Part shown: positions 1 to 12,949 of the stretch, piece by piece
Numbering within the stretch: position 1 is the first letter of the stretch
Layout of the letters: each line of letters begins with the position of its first letter
Origin: the human T2T-CHM13v2.0 reference genome, Homo sapiens
Direction: 5' to 3' (one strand)
NCBI RefSeq assembly: GCF_009914755.1
Contig: NC_060929.1
Length of the DNA: 64,000 bases
Program-made: the position numbers and the translations under genes
Notes under the pieces: generated by a model
Database searches by the model: none
What the model saw: the letters and a program-made list of their open reading frames with translations, nothing else
Told to the model about the DNA's origin: nothing

Positions 1-2884
1 CAGCCTTAGGGGTTGAGAGTTAGATTGCTAACCTCTAATCAGTCGTCTTCGACATTATCTTTAACAGTGCCACAGATCTTTCTGAGGAAGTACTACCATA
101 TGACTTCACCTTCTCAGGCTGAGGTATCAGCTTGACTGTCACTCCACAGATCAAGACTAGAGGTAAATGTAAACACTATACAGGTGGGATGAGAAACAGC
201 TGTTCAGCTGCCTGGCTAGAAGAACAGGCCCAGTTCTTTGCTACAGGATGGACATGGAAAAGTTCAGGCATTTGAAGTTACTGGCGTCAGCCACATGAGA
301 TTGATGACGGGATTGGCTTCTACAAGAGGTCCATGTGGTTCTCATTTCTGAAAACAGATGTTTGGAAACCAATGTTTTCAAAGATAATATGAAACTACAC
401 CAATATGCTGCACTATGGAGAAAAACTAACCTTGACAGAAGAAAAAAGATTTTCTTGAGGCAGAAGATGAAGGACTATTGGTCGGGACATTCACAGAAGT
501 CTGTTCTGTAAGTTGGGTTATATGGAAGCAGAGATGCTAGGTCAACCCATGTTGTGCCCTCCCTCTTTTGGTAAGCAAAACACTGATGCTTATGACATCT
601 TCCTTTTCTTTGGTGGTGGCCTTGAAAATTGTTATTCCTTCCAGAAAGGGCTGGATGTCACTCGCTTATGAATTTGAATCCTTCTCTTTTTGCCAAATGA
701 TAGAACTGAGCTTGCTCCATGAGCTTCATGTGTGTAAACATTAGTGGGGATCCAAGTGGCTCTGCAGGTAGAATAGACACTCAGGTCCCTCCTGCCCAAG
801 TCCAGGGGCTTGCTTCCATGAATCCAATCCTTTAGTTCATATCAGTTCATGGTGTACCAGAAGCCTCAACACATCTGCAAATTTTTACAGAACATGTTTG
901 TGCAAGGAAATAAATTAGGTCACCAGGCCTTCAAAGGCTCCTTCCACTTAGGGGTGGTGGAGCCCATGAAGCTGAGAATCACCCTTGCCAGCTGTTGGAA
1001 CTTGAAATAATCCTCCAAAAACCTCTTGCTATTTTAGGAGGGTCATCCTGGTGGGTCTGTGTATGCTGTAAAAGAGTGGCTCACTATTTAACCACCCATC
1101 TCTACTGTGCTGATTTAGGGACCACGATCACTTGAGCTTTTCTTGGTGCCTGGGATCTGTCTTTCTGCACAGGGATAATCTAGGCTTATTTGTGGCTTTT
1201 TTCCCCTGCATTTCCTTTACTTGCTCACTTTCCTTCTTTTCCTCACTATGTTTCCATTTGAAATCAGTTTTCACATATGCATTTCAGTGCAACTCTACCT
1301 TCAGGAACTTACTGGATTACACAGGAAATTCCTTATAGTGTGTGACCATCTGCACTGCAAACAATTTTCAGGGAATTGACTAGCTACTAATACCACTTAC
1401 AAAAAATCTAATAAGGGGTTTAACATTTTCATAAGGAAAATTAATATTTATATTTTCTGTTTTGGTTGGGTTACATTTTTACTATTTTGAGAAAAAAAGT
1501 ATTGCATTTTTAAAAAGTGAACAAAAAAAGCTCTCATACAATTGAATGGTATTGCCAAAAGAAATTAAGAAGTCAGAATTTGATGATTCAATATATTATA
1601 AATATATTTTTGACCATAGTCCTAAACTATCATCTGTCAAGTTGTATTATTTTGAGTACATAAGTATTTTTCATGTTCTTATTTGTTTTCTATAATGCCT
1701 CATAACATATATAGCTCTGTGAGTCTGTTCTTTCAGAAGATCTTATCTCTTGTTAGTTTTCAAGGATTTCCAGGTTCACAGCAGCTGACTTTTTACTACA
1801 CATTTTATGACTCTAAAACCATTAGAAGAACATCAATGCTTCCCTAAATTGGTTTTTTGGAGAAAATGTAATATGTTTGATGAATTCAAATAAAAAGATG
1901 GAAACATAACAGCATATTGGATTACTTGTTAATTTTTCTTTCTCAAATGTTTTATATTGAAAGGAATTGATTTGTGGAGTACATTTTCAAACCAATTTCA
2001 CCTTCGTTTCTAGAAAAACTACATTTTGTCCTAGAAAGCTATCGACATTTCATCAGAGGAAATAGATTCAGAATTGCTGCCCAGTAAAATCTTTTTTAGC
2101 GATAGTTCTCTATCTTTCACCAAAGACAATGCAATTGACCTTGGGTTGGAGGATAAAAAGCTGCCATTATCAAGTGACAGAATAACTGGTTGTCTTCCTC
2201 TGCTAGGTTTTTGGCATCACAGAGTTCTCTGAGTCAAGCTTTCACATAGAGAAATAACTAATCCAATAACTATAACAACTTAAATTATACAATTACTTTA
2301 TCTTTGTCAATTTAAACTGGTGAGTTTATCAAAAACAAAAACGGAACTTCAAACACATTTAGAGATCATAAGCATAAGTGAAATAAGACTTAAAGGTATC
2401 TTACCATCTAAAATCATCACAAGTCAATTTCATATACCTTAAGATGTTTATCTCTGTGCCCTGCCTCATTTCAGAACAGGAGGCCAGAATCCATTCAAAT
2501 TAAAATAGTTTCAAATAGCAATTCAAAAACAAACCCATTAATTGTCTCTTTCCAAATGATTATTAGAAATGAGCTTCTTAAATAGAAAAAAAATCTAAAC
2601 TCTAAAGCAATCATTTAATTCCTTCAGAAAGAGAAATTATTGTTTTAAATGCAATTATTTTCATCATCACATTATATAAAATAATAAGGATCATGCAAGT
2701 ACCTTGAAAGTTTTCTGTTTTTAATAAAAATGTATGGATGTAAGATAATCTTATAGGAAAATTCACAATAACAGAAATAAATGAAAAGAAACTATTAGAA
2801 GCAGAGGGTGTAATGTATTTTTATTTATTTTTTGGAGGCTGTTGAGTTTAGCCAGATTTAAGGACTGTCCCCAGCATTAAAGAT

Positions 2885-3030
2885 AGAAATGAGCCCTGGT
2901 TCTCATCTTTACTCAGTCATTAATCAGATGTATTATCATGGAAACGCCACTTATTCCTCTGAATCTTTTTCATTTATACAATGGGAGAGTTGAACTATAT
3001 TTTTTCCCAAAGATCTTTCTAGTTGTAATT
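2885..3030 (+). mobile_element. MIR/MIR3 SINE fragment
   Basis: ccctggttctcatc...acttattcctctgaatctttttcatttatacaatggg...gatctttctagt resembles the MIR core and MIR3-type tail; heavily diverged. Confidence 0.55.
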
Positions 3031-3153
3031 ATACTAGTACCTATTTTATTTGTGTCATATAATTTCCGTTGAAAGTTTTAAGTTTATTTTATCTTAAAAA
3101 TTGATACCATTTGAGTCACTACTTAAAACATATCTGAAATTAATATTGATAGT

Positions 3154-3516
3154 TGATATTGTTTGGCTGTGTTCCCACCCAAATCTCATCCCAAATTGTA
3201 GCTCCCATAATCATCACATGTCATGGGAGGGACCCAGTGGGAGGTAATTGAATCATGGATGTGGGTTTTTCCCATACTGTTCTCATGATAGTGAATAACT
3301 GTCATGAGATCTGATGCTTTTATAAAGGGCAATTCCCCTGCATACATTTTCTTGCCTGCCACCATGTAGGATGAGCCTTTCCTCCTCCTTCATCTTCTGC
3401 CATGATTGTGAATCCTTCCCAGCCATGTAGAACTGTGAGTCCATTAAACCTCTTTCCTTTATGAGTTACCCATTCTCACGTATGTCCTTATAGCAGTCTG
3501 AGAACAGATTAATAAA
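3154..3516 (+). mobile_element. THE1 (THE1B-D type) MaLR solo LTR
   Basis: Starts tgatattgtttggctgtgttcccacccaaatctcatc; contains gggagggacccagtgggaggtaattgaatcatgg and ccattaaacctctttcc; ends agaacagattaataaa. Confidence 0.93.
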
Positions 3517-3659
3517 ATATTTGCTTTAGCATCTTCACCATACATCTAGGACTTCACTGATGCTTGTAGCAGGCAGTTAGAGGTGGCAGCATTTTGAAAC
3601 TCAACCTTGTGTCTATTTTCCACTCACGGAGATGTCTTAGCGTATTACAATAGGCAGAA

Positions 3660-3797
3660 AAAAAAAGTGACCTGTTGATTTTAGTCCTGTGAGACCCATT
3701 TGGGGCTTCTTACCTGAAAAACTCTAAGATAATATTTATTTTGCTTAAGCCCATATGTTTATGGTAATTTTTATAGCAGCAAAACAAATTGATAGGT
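3660..3797 (+). mobile_element. MLT1-family LTR 3' fragment
   Basis: gagacccatttggggcttcttacct...ttgcttaagccc...gtttatggtaatttttatagcagc matches the MLT1 3' end. Confidence 0.65.
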
Positions 3798-4069
3798 ATA
3801 CTTTCACCTCTAGTTCTTTTTTTGTTGTTGTTCTCACCTGGAGTCAATAAAATGAAAAGTAATGAAGCTTACAGCAAATTTCACTTTGTGATAGCTAAGT
3901 TTGTTAAAACATAGTATTTATTTTAGAGATCTAAGTGAATGCCAATAGAAATATTTGAAGAATTTAAGAAAAAAATTGAAACAAATAGATGCAAATCCAT
4001 TATCACTTCTGAAAAAATAATTAAATATGCAAAATGAGTAAATACTATTATGATTATATACATTCTTGG

Positions 4070-5480
4070 AACCACATTTATCCACCAACCTGCGTTTGTA
4101 TTAATCTACTGTGCCCTCTCTCCTATTTCTATAGAAAATCTGCTATGATTATTTAGTTTCTATGTTGAATTTCATCTCCTCTCATCTCCTAATTTACATG
4201 TGAACAGAAAATGGATGTATTTTCAAAGTTTAGTGTCTAAAATTTGCTGGTTATCTAAATGTGCAATAAATCACATATTAATCTGAAGTTTTATTTTTGG
4301 TTTTGGACTCATGAATTGGAAGGTTGGAGTTATTGTGTTTATTGTGTTTGTATGGGTAGTAGAAGAGGATTTAGAAGGAAAGATCAGGAGTTCCAACATC
4401 AATATTTTAAGGTTGAAATGCCTAGTAGACACCTCCATAAAATGTTTCTAAGTAGTTATAGTCATCTACCATTTAGAAAAACGGACATATAAATACTACC
4501 TGTATGACTCTGAGCACACAGGTAGTATTTTAAGCTATGGGGCATGATAAGATTACTCAAGTAGTAAGCACAGTAAGAAAAGAAAGGAATTTCTTGGATA
4601 TGTCAAGGTTGAAAGCTTGGGAATGAAGAGGAACAGGAAAGGAGGAGAATGATTAGCTGATGAAGCAGTGGAAATTCTAAGTTAATGAACCGTTTCAAAG
4701 GTAATGTAGTTATCAACTTGCCAAATGTTGTTGATTGATTTAATGAAAGCTGAGACTTGACCATTTAGTTTACCAATGTTTAAATTATTGGCTACCACGG
4801 TAAAAATCACACCAAGTCCAAGTCAACTGTCTTCTGGCAGGGCATATCTGCAGAAACAGTTCTGCATAAATCTTTGAATAGGGCTGCTATACCACTAATA
4901 GCCTTTCTGATTCTACTCTCACCCTCTCCTGTCTATAGTCAACACACTAACTCAAATAATACTTCTGAAATGTAGCTCAAAAGATCTCACACCCTTGTTC
5001 AAAGATCTACCACAAGCTTAATGTTAACTGACCACAACATTTCCCCTTCCTTTATCACCTGCTATAGTCAAAATAGCTTCCTGCTGTTAGTAAACTTGCT
5101 GCACATGCATCTGCCTTGGTACACTTGCCTGAGCCATTCTCATTATGGGAGCATCTTCTGAGAGGTACCTTTTTGACTAACTAGTCACATCCTGCACTTC
5201 TCTGCTCAAATCTTCTCTCTTCAACAGTGTCTGCACCAACCTTGCCCCACCTCTACACTGGTATTTCACATCTCTCTTACCTTATTCTATCCTTTAATTC
5301 CCTTTTATACATGTTGTATAATGTATTTGTTTATTATGAGTATTTTTCAGTGCCTTCTCCCTCTTGAATATCAATTCCCAAACAGTGAGGGCCTATATCT
5401 AATTTATTTACTGATGTATTCCAAGTGGCTAGAAAATTGCCCGGCATGTACAAAATACTCAGTAAAATTTACTGCATTCA
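4070..5480. mobile_element. L2 LINE remnant with internally inverted segment (+ 4070-4190, - 4200-4805, + 4810-5480)
   Basis: Purine-rich antisense L2 (gaaagatcaggagttcc...ttaaggttgaaatgcctagtagacacc) lies between sense L2 pieces; the last piece ends in an L2 3' terminus (gcccggcatgtacaaaatactcagtaaaattt). Confidence 0.7.
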
Positions 5481-5748
5481 AGAATACTGTTGGTCATGTA
5501 ATTTCCCTTTGCTGTGCAGGGGTTTTTGGCCTGCCTGACTCTTATATTTCGATCAAGGGTCTATATTTCAGGAAATGCTGCATGGTTTAGACCCTCTTTC
5601 TAGAAATCCCACATTTAGAAGTAACCAATTCTTTCTGCAAGTTTCTTTCCCCAAAGAAAATTGGGGAAATTGGTCAGGGGCAGATGTCCTGAAGTGTTTT
5701 TTGTTTAATTTATTTAATTTCCTTATGGAAAAAGTTTGCTGTTGTTGA

Positions 5749-6172
5749 GTTTTGTTGTTGTTGTTTTGTTTTTAGGAGATAGGGTCTCACTCTTTGCCCA
5801 GGCTAGCGTGCAGTGGAACCATCATTGCTCACTGCAGCCTCAAACTCTTAACGTGAAGCAATTACTCCTGGGCCACCTGAGTAGCTGGGACCACAGACAT
5901 GCAACACTACACCCAGCTAACTGTTTTTTAAAGAGATGGGGTCTGGCTATTAGAATAGTACCCGTATTCAACACAAAAACTGGATTTTTCTATGAACCAT
6001 TAGTACTGTTTTATACATTACCACACTTGATGATATGAATTATTAAGAGACTCATGTAAATATTATTCCTGTTTATGTTACCCAGGTTGGTCTCAAACTC
6101 CTGGTCTCAAGTCATCCTCCTGCCTCGGCCTCCCAAAGTGTTGGGATTACAGACATGAGCTACAAAGCCCTG
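5749..6172 (-). mobile_element. AluJ interrupted by a ~125-bp non-Alu insertion (about 5951-6073)
   Basis: T-rich tail, then gagatagggtctcactctttgcccaggc...gagatggggtctggctat | insert | tatgttacccaggttggtctcaaactcctgg...cccaaagtgttgggattacag. Confidence 0.92.
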
Positions 6173-6569
6173 ATGCATCAGTTTTTTAATGCTTAGAAGT
6201 ACATTTTGAAGCTTGTAAGATCTATATGAATGTTAGTTATTCTCAACAACTATTATCTGTTAAGTACAATATATAACTTGAATGGGCTTTGAAAAAATTA
6301 AATGAGACTATTTACCAAACAGTTATTTCAAATAAACTGTTTGAAATTTTTTCTCTTCTATCTACATTTTTAATGTTAGTTGGACAAAATCAGTATGATG
6401 TGATTCAAATGCTCTATCCAACCAACAAATATTCTGCATACTTGAACTAATTTTTTGATTCTCTGCTATTTCAAGATTTTTTCCTGAATGATGTCATCAA
6501 TTGATATGAATTGAAGTATTTTATTATCACAGTAATAATGACTCCCAAAAATATAGGTCCAGAACAGAA

Positions 6570-7610
6570 CATTCTTCCACACACAGGCCTGCACATTCAA
6601 TTTTGCACTGACATTTCCCTGTGGATTCCTCAAATATCTCTCAAAATGACCTTGCCCAAAACTCTATCTTAATTCTATTTTTCTCCATCCAAACTTACTC
6701 CTTCAATTCAATCTTTACTATCTCAATAAAGAACATTGCAGTCCTCTTAGTTACTGAAACTTGAAACCTAAGAAATAATCCATAATTTTCCATTCCCTTC
6801 ATAACATTCCTCCCAACTTATCATTCAACAGTCCCTAACAGTTTCATCTTCTAAATGCAGCAATACAATATTCTGCTGTTCTTATTCTCATTTTCTTTCA
6901 TCTCCACTGGCCACACCTAGTCTTAGCTGTAAATCATCCTTCGCCGCTATTAATTTATCACTCTTATAAATGGATTAATTGCTTTACTTATATCCAGTCA
7001 TTTATTCTCTAATTTACAGAACAGTAACACTCCTAAAAGTGTGGATCTGATCACAGCATTCTGCTTCTTGAACTATTTCGACGGTTTCTCATTTCATCTA
7101 GAATAAACTTGTGCTTTTTTTGCATGGCCCCATCTACCCAAGCTCTCTCATGTCTCTTCACATTACTCTGCTCTAGCCACAAAAGACTGTTTTCAATTCT
7201 TCATACACACAGAGTTCTTTTCTTCTTCCTGGCCCTTTCACATGGTGTTTCCTCAGCCAGTAATGCTCCATCTCCCCAGTCCTCACGTGACCAGCATCTC
7301 TCTCCTTAAGTCTTAGAATAAATGGCATCTCTTCATCAAGAGATCTTTCCCACCAGCCTATCTAGAGTAGCTCTTGCCCCTTCCACCACCATTATTCTTC
7401 ATCTCAGCTCTTTATGTGTTTCCTTTAAAGCATTAATCCAAGAAGCAAAATACATGATTGTTCTATTCCCTCAAGGGGACAGGAAATGTGAGACACCTTT
7501 CTAATAGAATGTAACCTCTATGAGAGAAAGAACCAAGATTCTGTTGTCCTGGCAGAATGCTTAGCAAAATGCTTTCTGCACAGTAGGCACTAAACGCATG
7601 TTAATTTAAA
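6570..7610 (+). mobile_element. L2 (L2a-like) 3' portion
   Basis: Pyrimidine-rich L2 sequence (ctgacatttccctgtggattcctc, tctccactggccacacctagtc, tagaatgtaacctctatgag) ending cacagtaggcactaaac. Confidence 0.8.
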
Positions 7611-10600
7611 AAATTATAACTTATATTTTAAAAGCTCGTTAATGTATTTTCTTGTATTTTTATAAAACACACTGTTTAAAGCATAAAGTTGATTTAAGAA
7701 ATAAAGTAATAGCATTTAAAAGTATGTATATTTAAATGTTATTTGGTCTATGAATTATTTTATTCCATCCATATAACTATGGATACAATGGCATAAATAG
7801 AATTAATGAAATGATACATATAAACCATAATTTGAATGTCTTCACTTAATCAGAATTACACAATTAAAATATAAATATTTTTATCTAATGTCATACACTT
7901 CACTGCCTTTACTGAAATAAAAATAGTGCTTGAAGCAGAATAACAGACTGTCTTACATCTGTGAATTTTCAAGTTTTGACCAATATCTGTCTGGCTTGAG
8001 GCTGTTGGACATCTGGTAAGTTTCACTCCTGTATTTTGGCATATATTTATTTGCTATATTTGGGGGAAAATAATGTCTGCAAAGTGTGGCTGGAATGTTT
8101 GTGAAAAATTCAGCCTTGAATATTTTAACTCTTTTACTAGTTTGCTAATTTACTTTTTTTCTGTTAAATTGATGAGGATAAAGATGAAATTAAAACCATT
8201 GTTATAACTAATACCAAAATATTGGCAAAGTGTTTTGTAAACAGACAATTTCAAAACTTAAAAAGTAATTAGCATACTATGTGATTTAAATTGGTAACTT
8301 TCTGTACTTTTGATGTTTTATTGTTATATCATATTTCCTTTTAATGAATACAAGATGGAAAGAGTAACAAAAGGAAGATTTACATTTAGCTTCAATATCA
8401 CAAATTGAGTAATCCTCCCTCCCACTTTAGTTTTTCTTTTGATTTCATCTTTAATGTATATATTACTATGCCATATACAGCACTAAGCATAGCCTCTTCT
8501 CTCAAGAAATTTACAATTTTGTTAAAGATGAGGCCTATGTAGATGTAACTAAAAAGACAATTCACTAGGTGATAAATGCCTGGGAAGTCATCACTCCTCA
8601 CAGTCCTGACAGCGCTACTAGGTCCAATATGACACAGAACCAAAGCCTTGAGTAATTCCATGAAACATGCGAGATCTCCCATTTCATGAGCATGCCAGCT
8701 GATGCATGCAAAAATTGTCTTAATGAGTGTGCCCAAACTTCCCCATTAACACCCATTGTCTAACCTAATTATTAACAATACATTTTCCATTCCCAAAATA
8801 ACTAGTTTAAATGATTTGTTCCTCCTATTTAACCATGAGCACCATGGTTGCAGGTGCAAAATTTGTTTAAATTGCCCTGTGTTTTCCCTTTTCCTACCAC
8901 TCCATGAAACATATGCATCCTATTCCCCTACTCCAGCTATTATCACCCATCATCTCTAGGTTAACCAAGGTGCAAACTGGCATTGAGAAATTTATTTCAG
9001 AAATTCACTCTTTATGTATTAAAGGGAATCTTCTAGTACCAACAACCAAGACCCAGGCGCATAATTGTAACTTTTATATAAATCCAACCTTTGAAAGCAA
9101 TTTTTCATGCCTAGTCATAGAGCCTAAAATGACTTCTTCAAGCTGCACTCTCACTATCCTGGTAATATACAATCACAACTCTAGGATTATCATAATTGGT
9201 ATGGCCTAACTGGATTCACCATATGCCTCCTCATCCTTCTGAATCATGCCATATTTCTAAGCTCATCTGGTGCATGTGAGCGCCACTGAGCCATGTGCTC
9301 ACACATCATGCAAGCTTCTCAACTATGACCATAGCTCTTCGTCCAAAAAAACGTTAAGTTCTCTCCACACTTACGAGGCCCTAAGTCACATTGTGAAAGT
9401 TTTTAGACCAGCCACTATAAATCCTTATTGTCATATTTTACACAGAAGTACCAGGACCAGGACTTCGGTATTCTGTGAACAAAACAGGTCCATTATAAGA
9501 TCTTTGTTTTCGTTATTAGAAGTTTCTCAATATATTGCCCTACCCTCCTTCCTCTCCCCTGCCCACACACACAAAACAAATAATGGGCCTAGAGGAAATT
9601 TTAAACTCCTTTAAAATTAAAGTGTTTGGGAATACAGGACCAGTGCCTTTGTTCACAATCCTTTTGAATTCCTTTTCAAATATCTAAATGCAAATTTCTA
9701 TTACTAGTCTGTTTATCTATCAAATTATATATTTATCTATCTAAATACGCAGCTCCATCATGGTTACCATGGTGATTAATCTTTGTTTCTGGGCATGACT
9801 GAGAACAGGAGGAAGGACTCAGCATTTCAAAAAAAAAAAAAAATATGCAGGAGCTCAGGACTGCCCAGATAAACACTTAAGCCCTGCCACAGATGCCCTA
9901 GTGATGGCTGTCACTTTTGTATAGCCCCAAGGCAAATGCACCTTTATTCGTTGGGATTTCCATTAAAAAGAAAATTTACTTATTCTCCTTTTACAACTTC
10001 AACTATGGACCAAATTCCTTTGTTACACTGCTTGATGAATGTCATTTTTACCTTTTTCAATGCTGAAGGGTATTTTTTTCTGAGGAAACCATCATCATCG
10101 CAAATGCCATTGGACCAGTTCAAGTAACTTCTCAGGTTTTTTGAGACACCCTGGAAAGTCATCAAACTAAGGCACCAAACTAAAAAACACACACACCATT
10201 CAAATATGCAACTTTTCCAAAGATTTCCTGAAAATCGAAATTTCTGTGCCTGTTATTTAACTTATATTATTTCCTTTCTTGTTCTATGTGGCTGTATGTA
10301 TGTATGTATGTAGGTAAGCAAGGAGTCACACACTAAAATCGGTTTGTTTCTGGATATTAGTGACATACCAGAATTCTTTCATTTTTTAAAATTTATATAT
10401 TTTAAATTTGTGAAAATCTTCTATAGCTAATATGCATTACCAATTTCTTAAAATGTTAAATATAAATATTTCTAGAATAAATACAAATTAATATGATAGT
10501 TAATATTATGTATCAACTTGGCCAGTCCACGGTACATAGATATTTGGCCAAATATCAGCCTGGATGTTGCTGTGAACCTACTTTTAGGATGTGATTAACA

Positions 10601-10648
10601 TTTAAATCAATAGAATTTAAGTAAATAGATTAATCTCAGTAATGTGAG

Positions 10649-11030
10649 TGTATTAGTCCATTCCTGAATTTCTATAAAGAACTACCTGAGACTAAGCAAT
10701 TTATAAAGAAAAAAGGTTTAATTACTCAACGGTTCCACAGGCTGTATAGGAAGCATGGCTGGTGGCCTCAGGAAACTTATGATCATGGCGGAAGGCAAAA
10801 AAGAAGCAAACACATCTTATGTGGCCAGAGAAGGAGGAAGACAGTGAAGGGGAATGTGTCACACACTTTTAAACAACCAGATCTCGTGAGAACTCACTCA
10901 CTATCATGAGAATAGCAAGGGGGAAATCCACCCCCATGATTCAATCGCCTCCCACCAGGTCCGTCCTCCAATATTGGGGATTACAATTCAACATGAGATT
11001 TAGACAGGAACACAAATCCAAACCATATCA
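10649..11030 (-). mobile_element. MSTA-type MaLR solo LTR nested in MLT2
   Basis: tgtattagtccattc...gaactacctgagact...ccacaggctgtataggaagcatgg...cacaaatccaaaccatatca. Confidence 0.92.
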
Positions 11031-11255
11031 GGTGAGCCTCATCCAATGAGTTGAATATCTTAAGAGAAAAAGACTGAGCTTGCCCCAGGAAGAGGGAATT
11101 CTGTCAGCAGCCTGCCTTTTGATTCAAGCTACAATGTTTCCCCTGGAGCTCCAGCCCTCTGGCTTGCTCTGCAATTTTCAGTCTTGCCAGCCAGCTGGCA
11201 AAATTACATGAGTTAATTTTTTTAAAACAAATCTTCCTCTTTCTTTCTCTCCATA

Positions 11256-11259
<4 letters not shown>

Positions 11260-11290
<31 letters not shown>
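11260..11290. repeat. (TG)n microsatellite inside MLT2
   Basis: Visible run of about 15 TG units. Confidence 0.95.
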
Positions 11291-11293
<3 letters not shown>

Positions 11294-12949
11294 AGACCAA
11301 TCCTGTCCCCCACACACATATCCTATTGTTGTTTTTGTCTCCCTGGAGAATCCTGGCAAATACATCAATAATAGAAAACTTAATATATATCTATTTTACA
11401 TACATACTTATGAAAAGGTATGCTAGAATAGAAACCTCACTAAAGAACAGTAGAAGGTAAAAGGTCATAGAAAAAATAGAGTAAGTAATTAATTTAATTA
11501 CCTGACTTAATTCGTTAATTACAATGACTAAAATGAGTTAGAGTACAGATTGATTAGTGTATAATTTTTTTGAAAGCGTTCTCTTGCCACTAATATGAAC
11601 TAAGCTATTGCAGTGAAATGTTATTTGCTTTGAGACCCCTAATTAATTCTCACTATTTGAAATTATTCTTTTAACATTTCCCAGAATAGTAAAAAAAAAA
11701 AAAGTAAGACAGTAGAAAAACACTCGTATGCAATCATATGCCACTTTTTTCAACCAACAGGAGCTAGATAGAATATAAAGAATAAAAAAATGGAAACAAA
11801 TCACCTTAGTCCATTTCCAAAAAAGACTTTCTGGTTAACGACCTCAAGTAATGCTTATTTAGATTTGGACAAAAAACAATGTTTCAGGGGAAAGATGGTG
11901 ATTAATTCTTCTGAAGCCCCTCTTGAACCTTCCAATTAACAGATTTATTTTTACAATACGATCAAGTTCTACAAGGACAAGCATACAGTCATACCAAATA
12001 GAGAGTTGAACACAGAGGTCTAACTTATAAAAGGCTGAGTTTGAGTGCAAATATGGTTGACTGTTAAATAGAAAATCGTTCTATTTGAGTCTTTATTTCT
12101 GGTTTGCACAGAGATTTTATTTGATGTAGATAATATAGAATAGTTGTGTCTTCATGATAAATTAAAATGATCTGAAGCAGATGTTCTTTAGACAAGGTTA
12201 AACCCAGTTCACTATTACCTGCCAACTGGAAATAACTTTATGGGGTTAAAAGACAGCATCTCTATCCACAGTGAGGTAGCTCTCTCTAAATACAGGGACT
12301 AGAAAGACTGCCCTAGACATGCTAAATATTTGTATTCATAAAGAAGCCCAGTCATACATTCAGACTCCAGAGATTTTAACAAAGACAGAGGAAAACAACA
12401 CAGAATAAAGAATAAAATAAAATGTCCAGACTCAAGTTACCTATGTTTAAATGAGATTCTGTTATATTACTTATTTCAGAAGTTTTAAGGTAGGTTAGTA
12501 TAAACAAGAAAACAAATATTTAAGCCAAAAATAATAACAAAGACAAAAAAGATCCTTGATATTGCTATTGTCTATAAACAACAAAATTACCTACTAATTC
12601 ATCCAAAGTCTATATCTGTTCAGAGCATACAGTTTAATGTATTCAAATTTCTATATCTTCTTCACAGTTGTAAAATATTAAAAGTCATGATTTCATTAAT
12701 TATGACAATATTAAGGAACAGATTGGATGTAGCTAATATATGTGCAACATAGGCTATGTCCACATCTTTAATATTTTAAAATAGTTTGTGTAAAGACACA
12801 AAAATGATTAGAATAAATTTTAATTGCTTTGGAGTTTATATCCGATATGTTAATTATATCTAGTATAGGAATGTGAAAAAAGTTCGCAAAGTCTCTTTAA
12901 AAAGATGCTTTATTTCACCAGCATTGGAGCATCCTCTACTAGTCATCTC

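Larger units (their letters stand above)
10494..11364 (+). mobile_element. MLT2 (ERVL) solo LTR, split by an MST insertion
   Basis: tgatagttaatattatgtatcaacttgg start; gcctcatccaatgagttga resumes after the insert; ends tctccctggagaatcctggcaaataca. Confidence 0.88.

Noticed and set aside
6020-6060. TGATGA motif in the Alu insert as a C/D-box snoRNA
   Set aside because: No box D (CTGA) downstream within the insert and no terminal stem
8398-9614. Run of 67-114 aa ORFs as a gene or pseudogene
   Set aside because: Different frames and strands, no recognisable domain or consistent exon structure; possibly an old unrecognised repeat
9980-10192. Minus-strand ORF with a possible donor AAG|GTAAAA as a coding exon
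   Set aside because: No convincing acceptor or recognisable protein; compatible with chance
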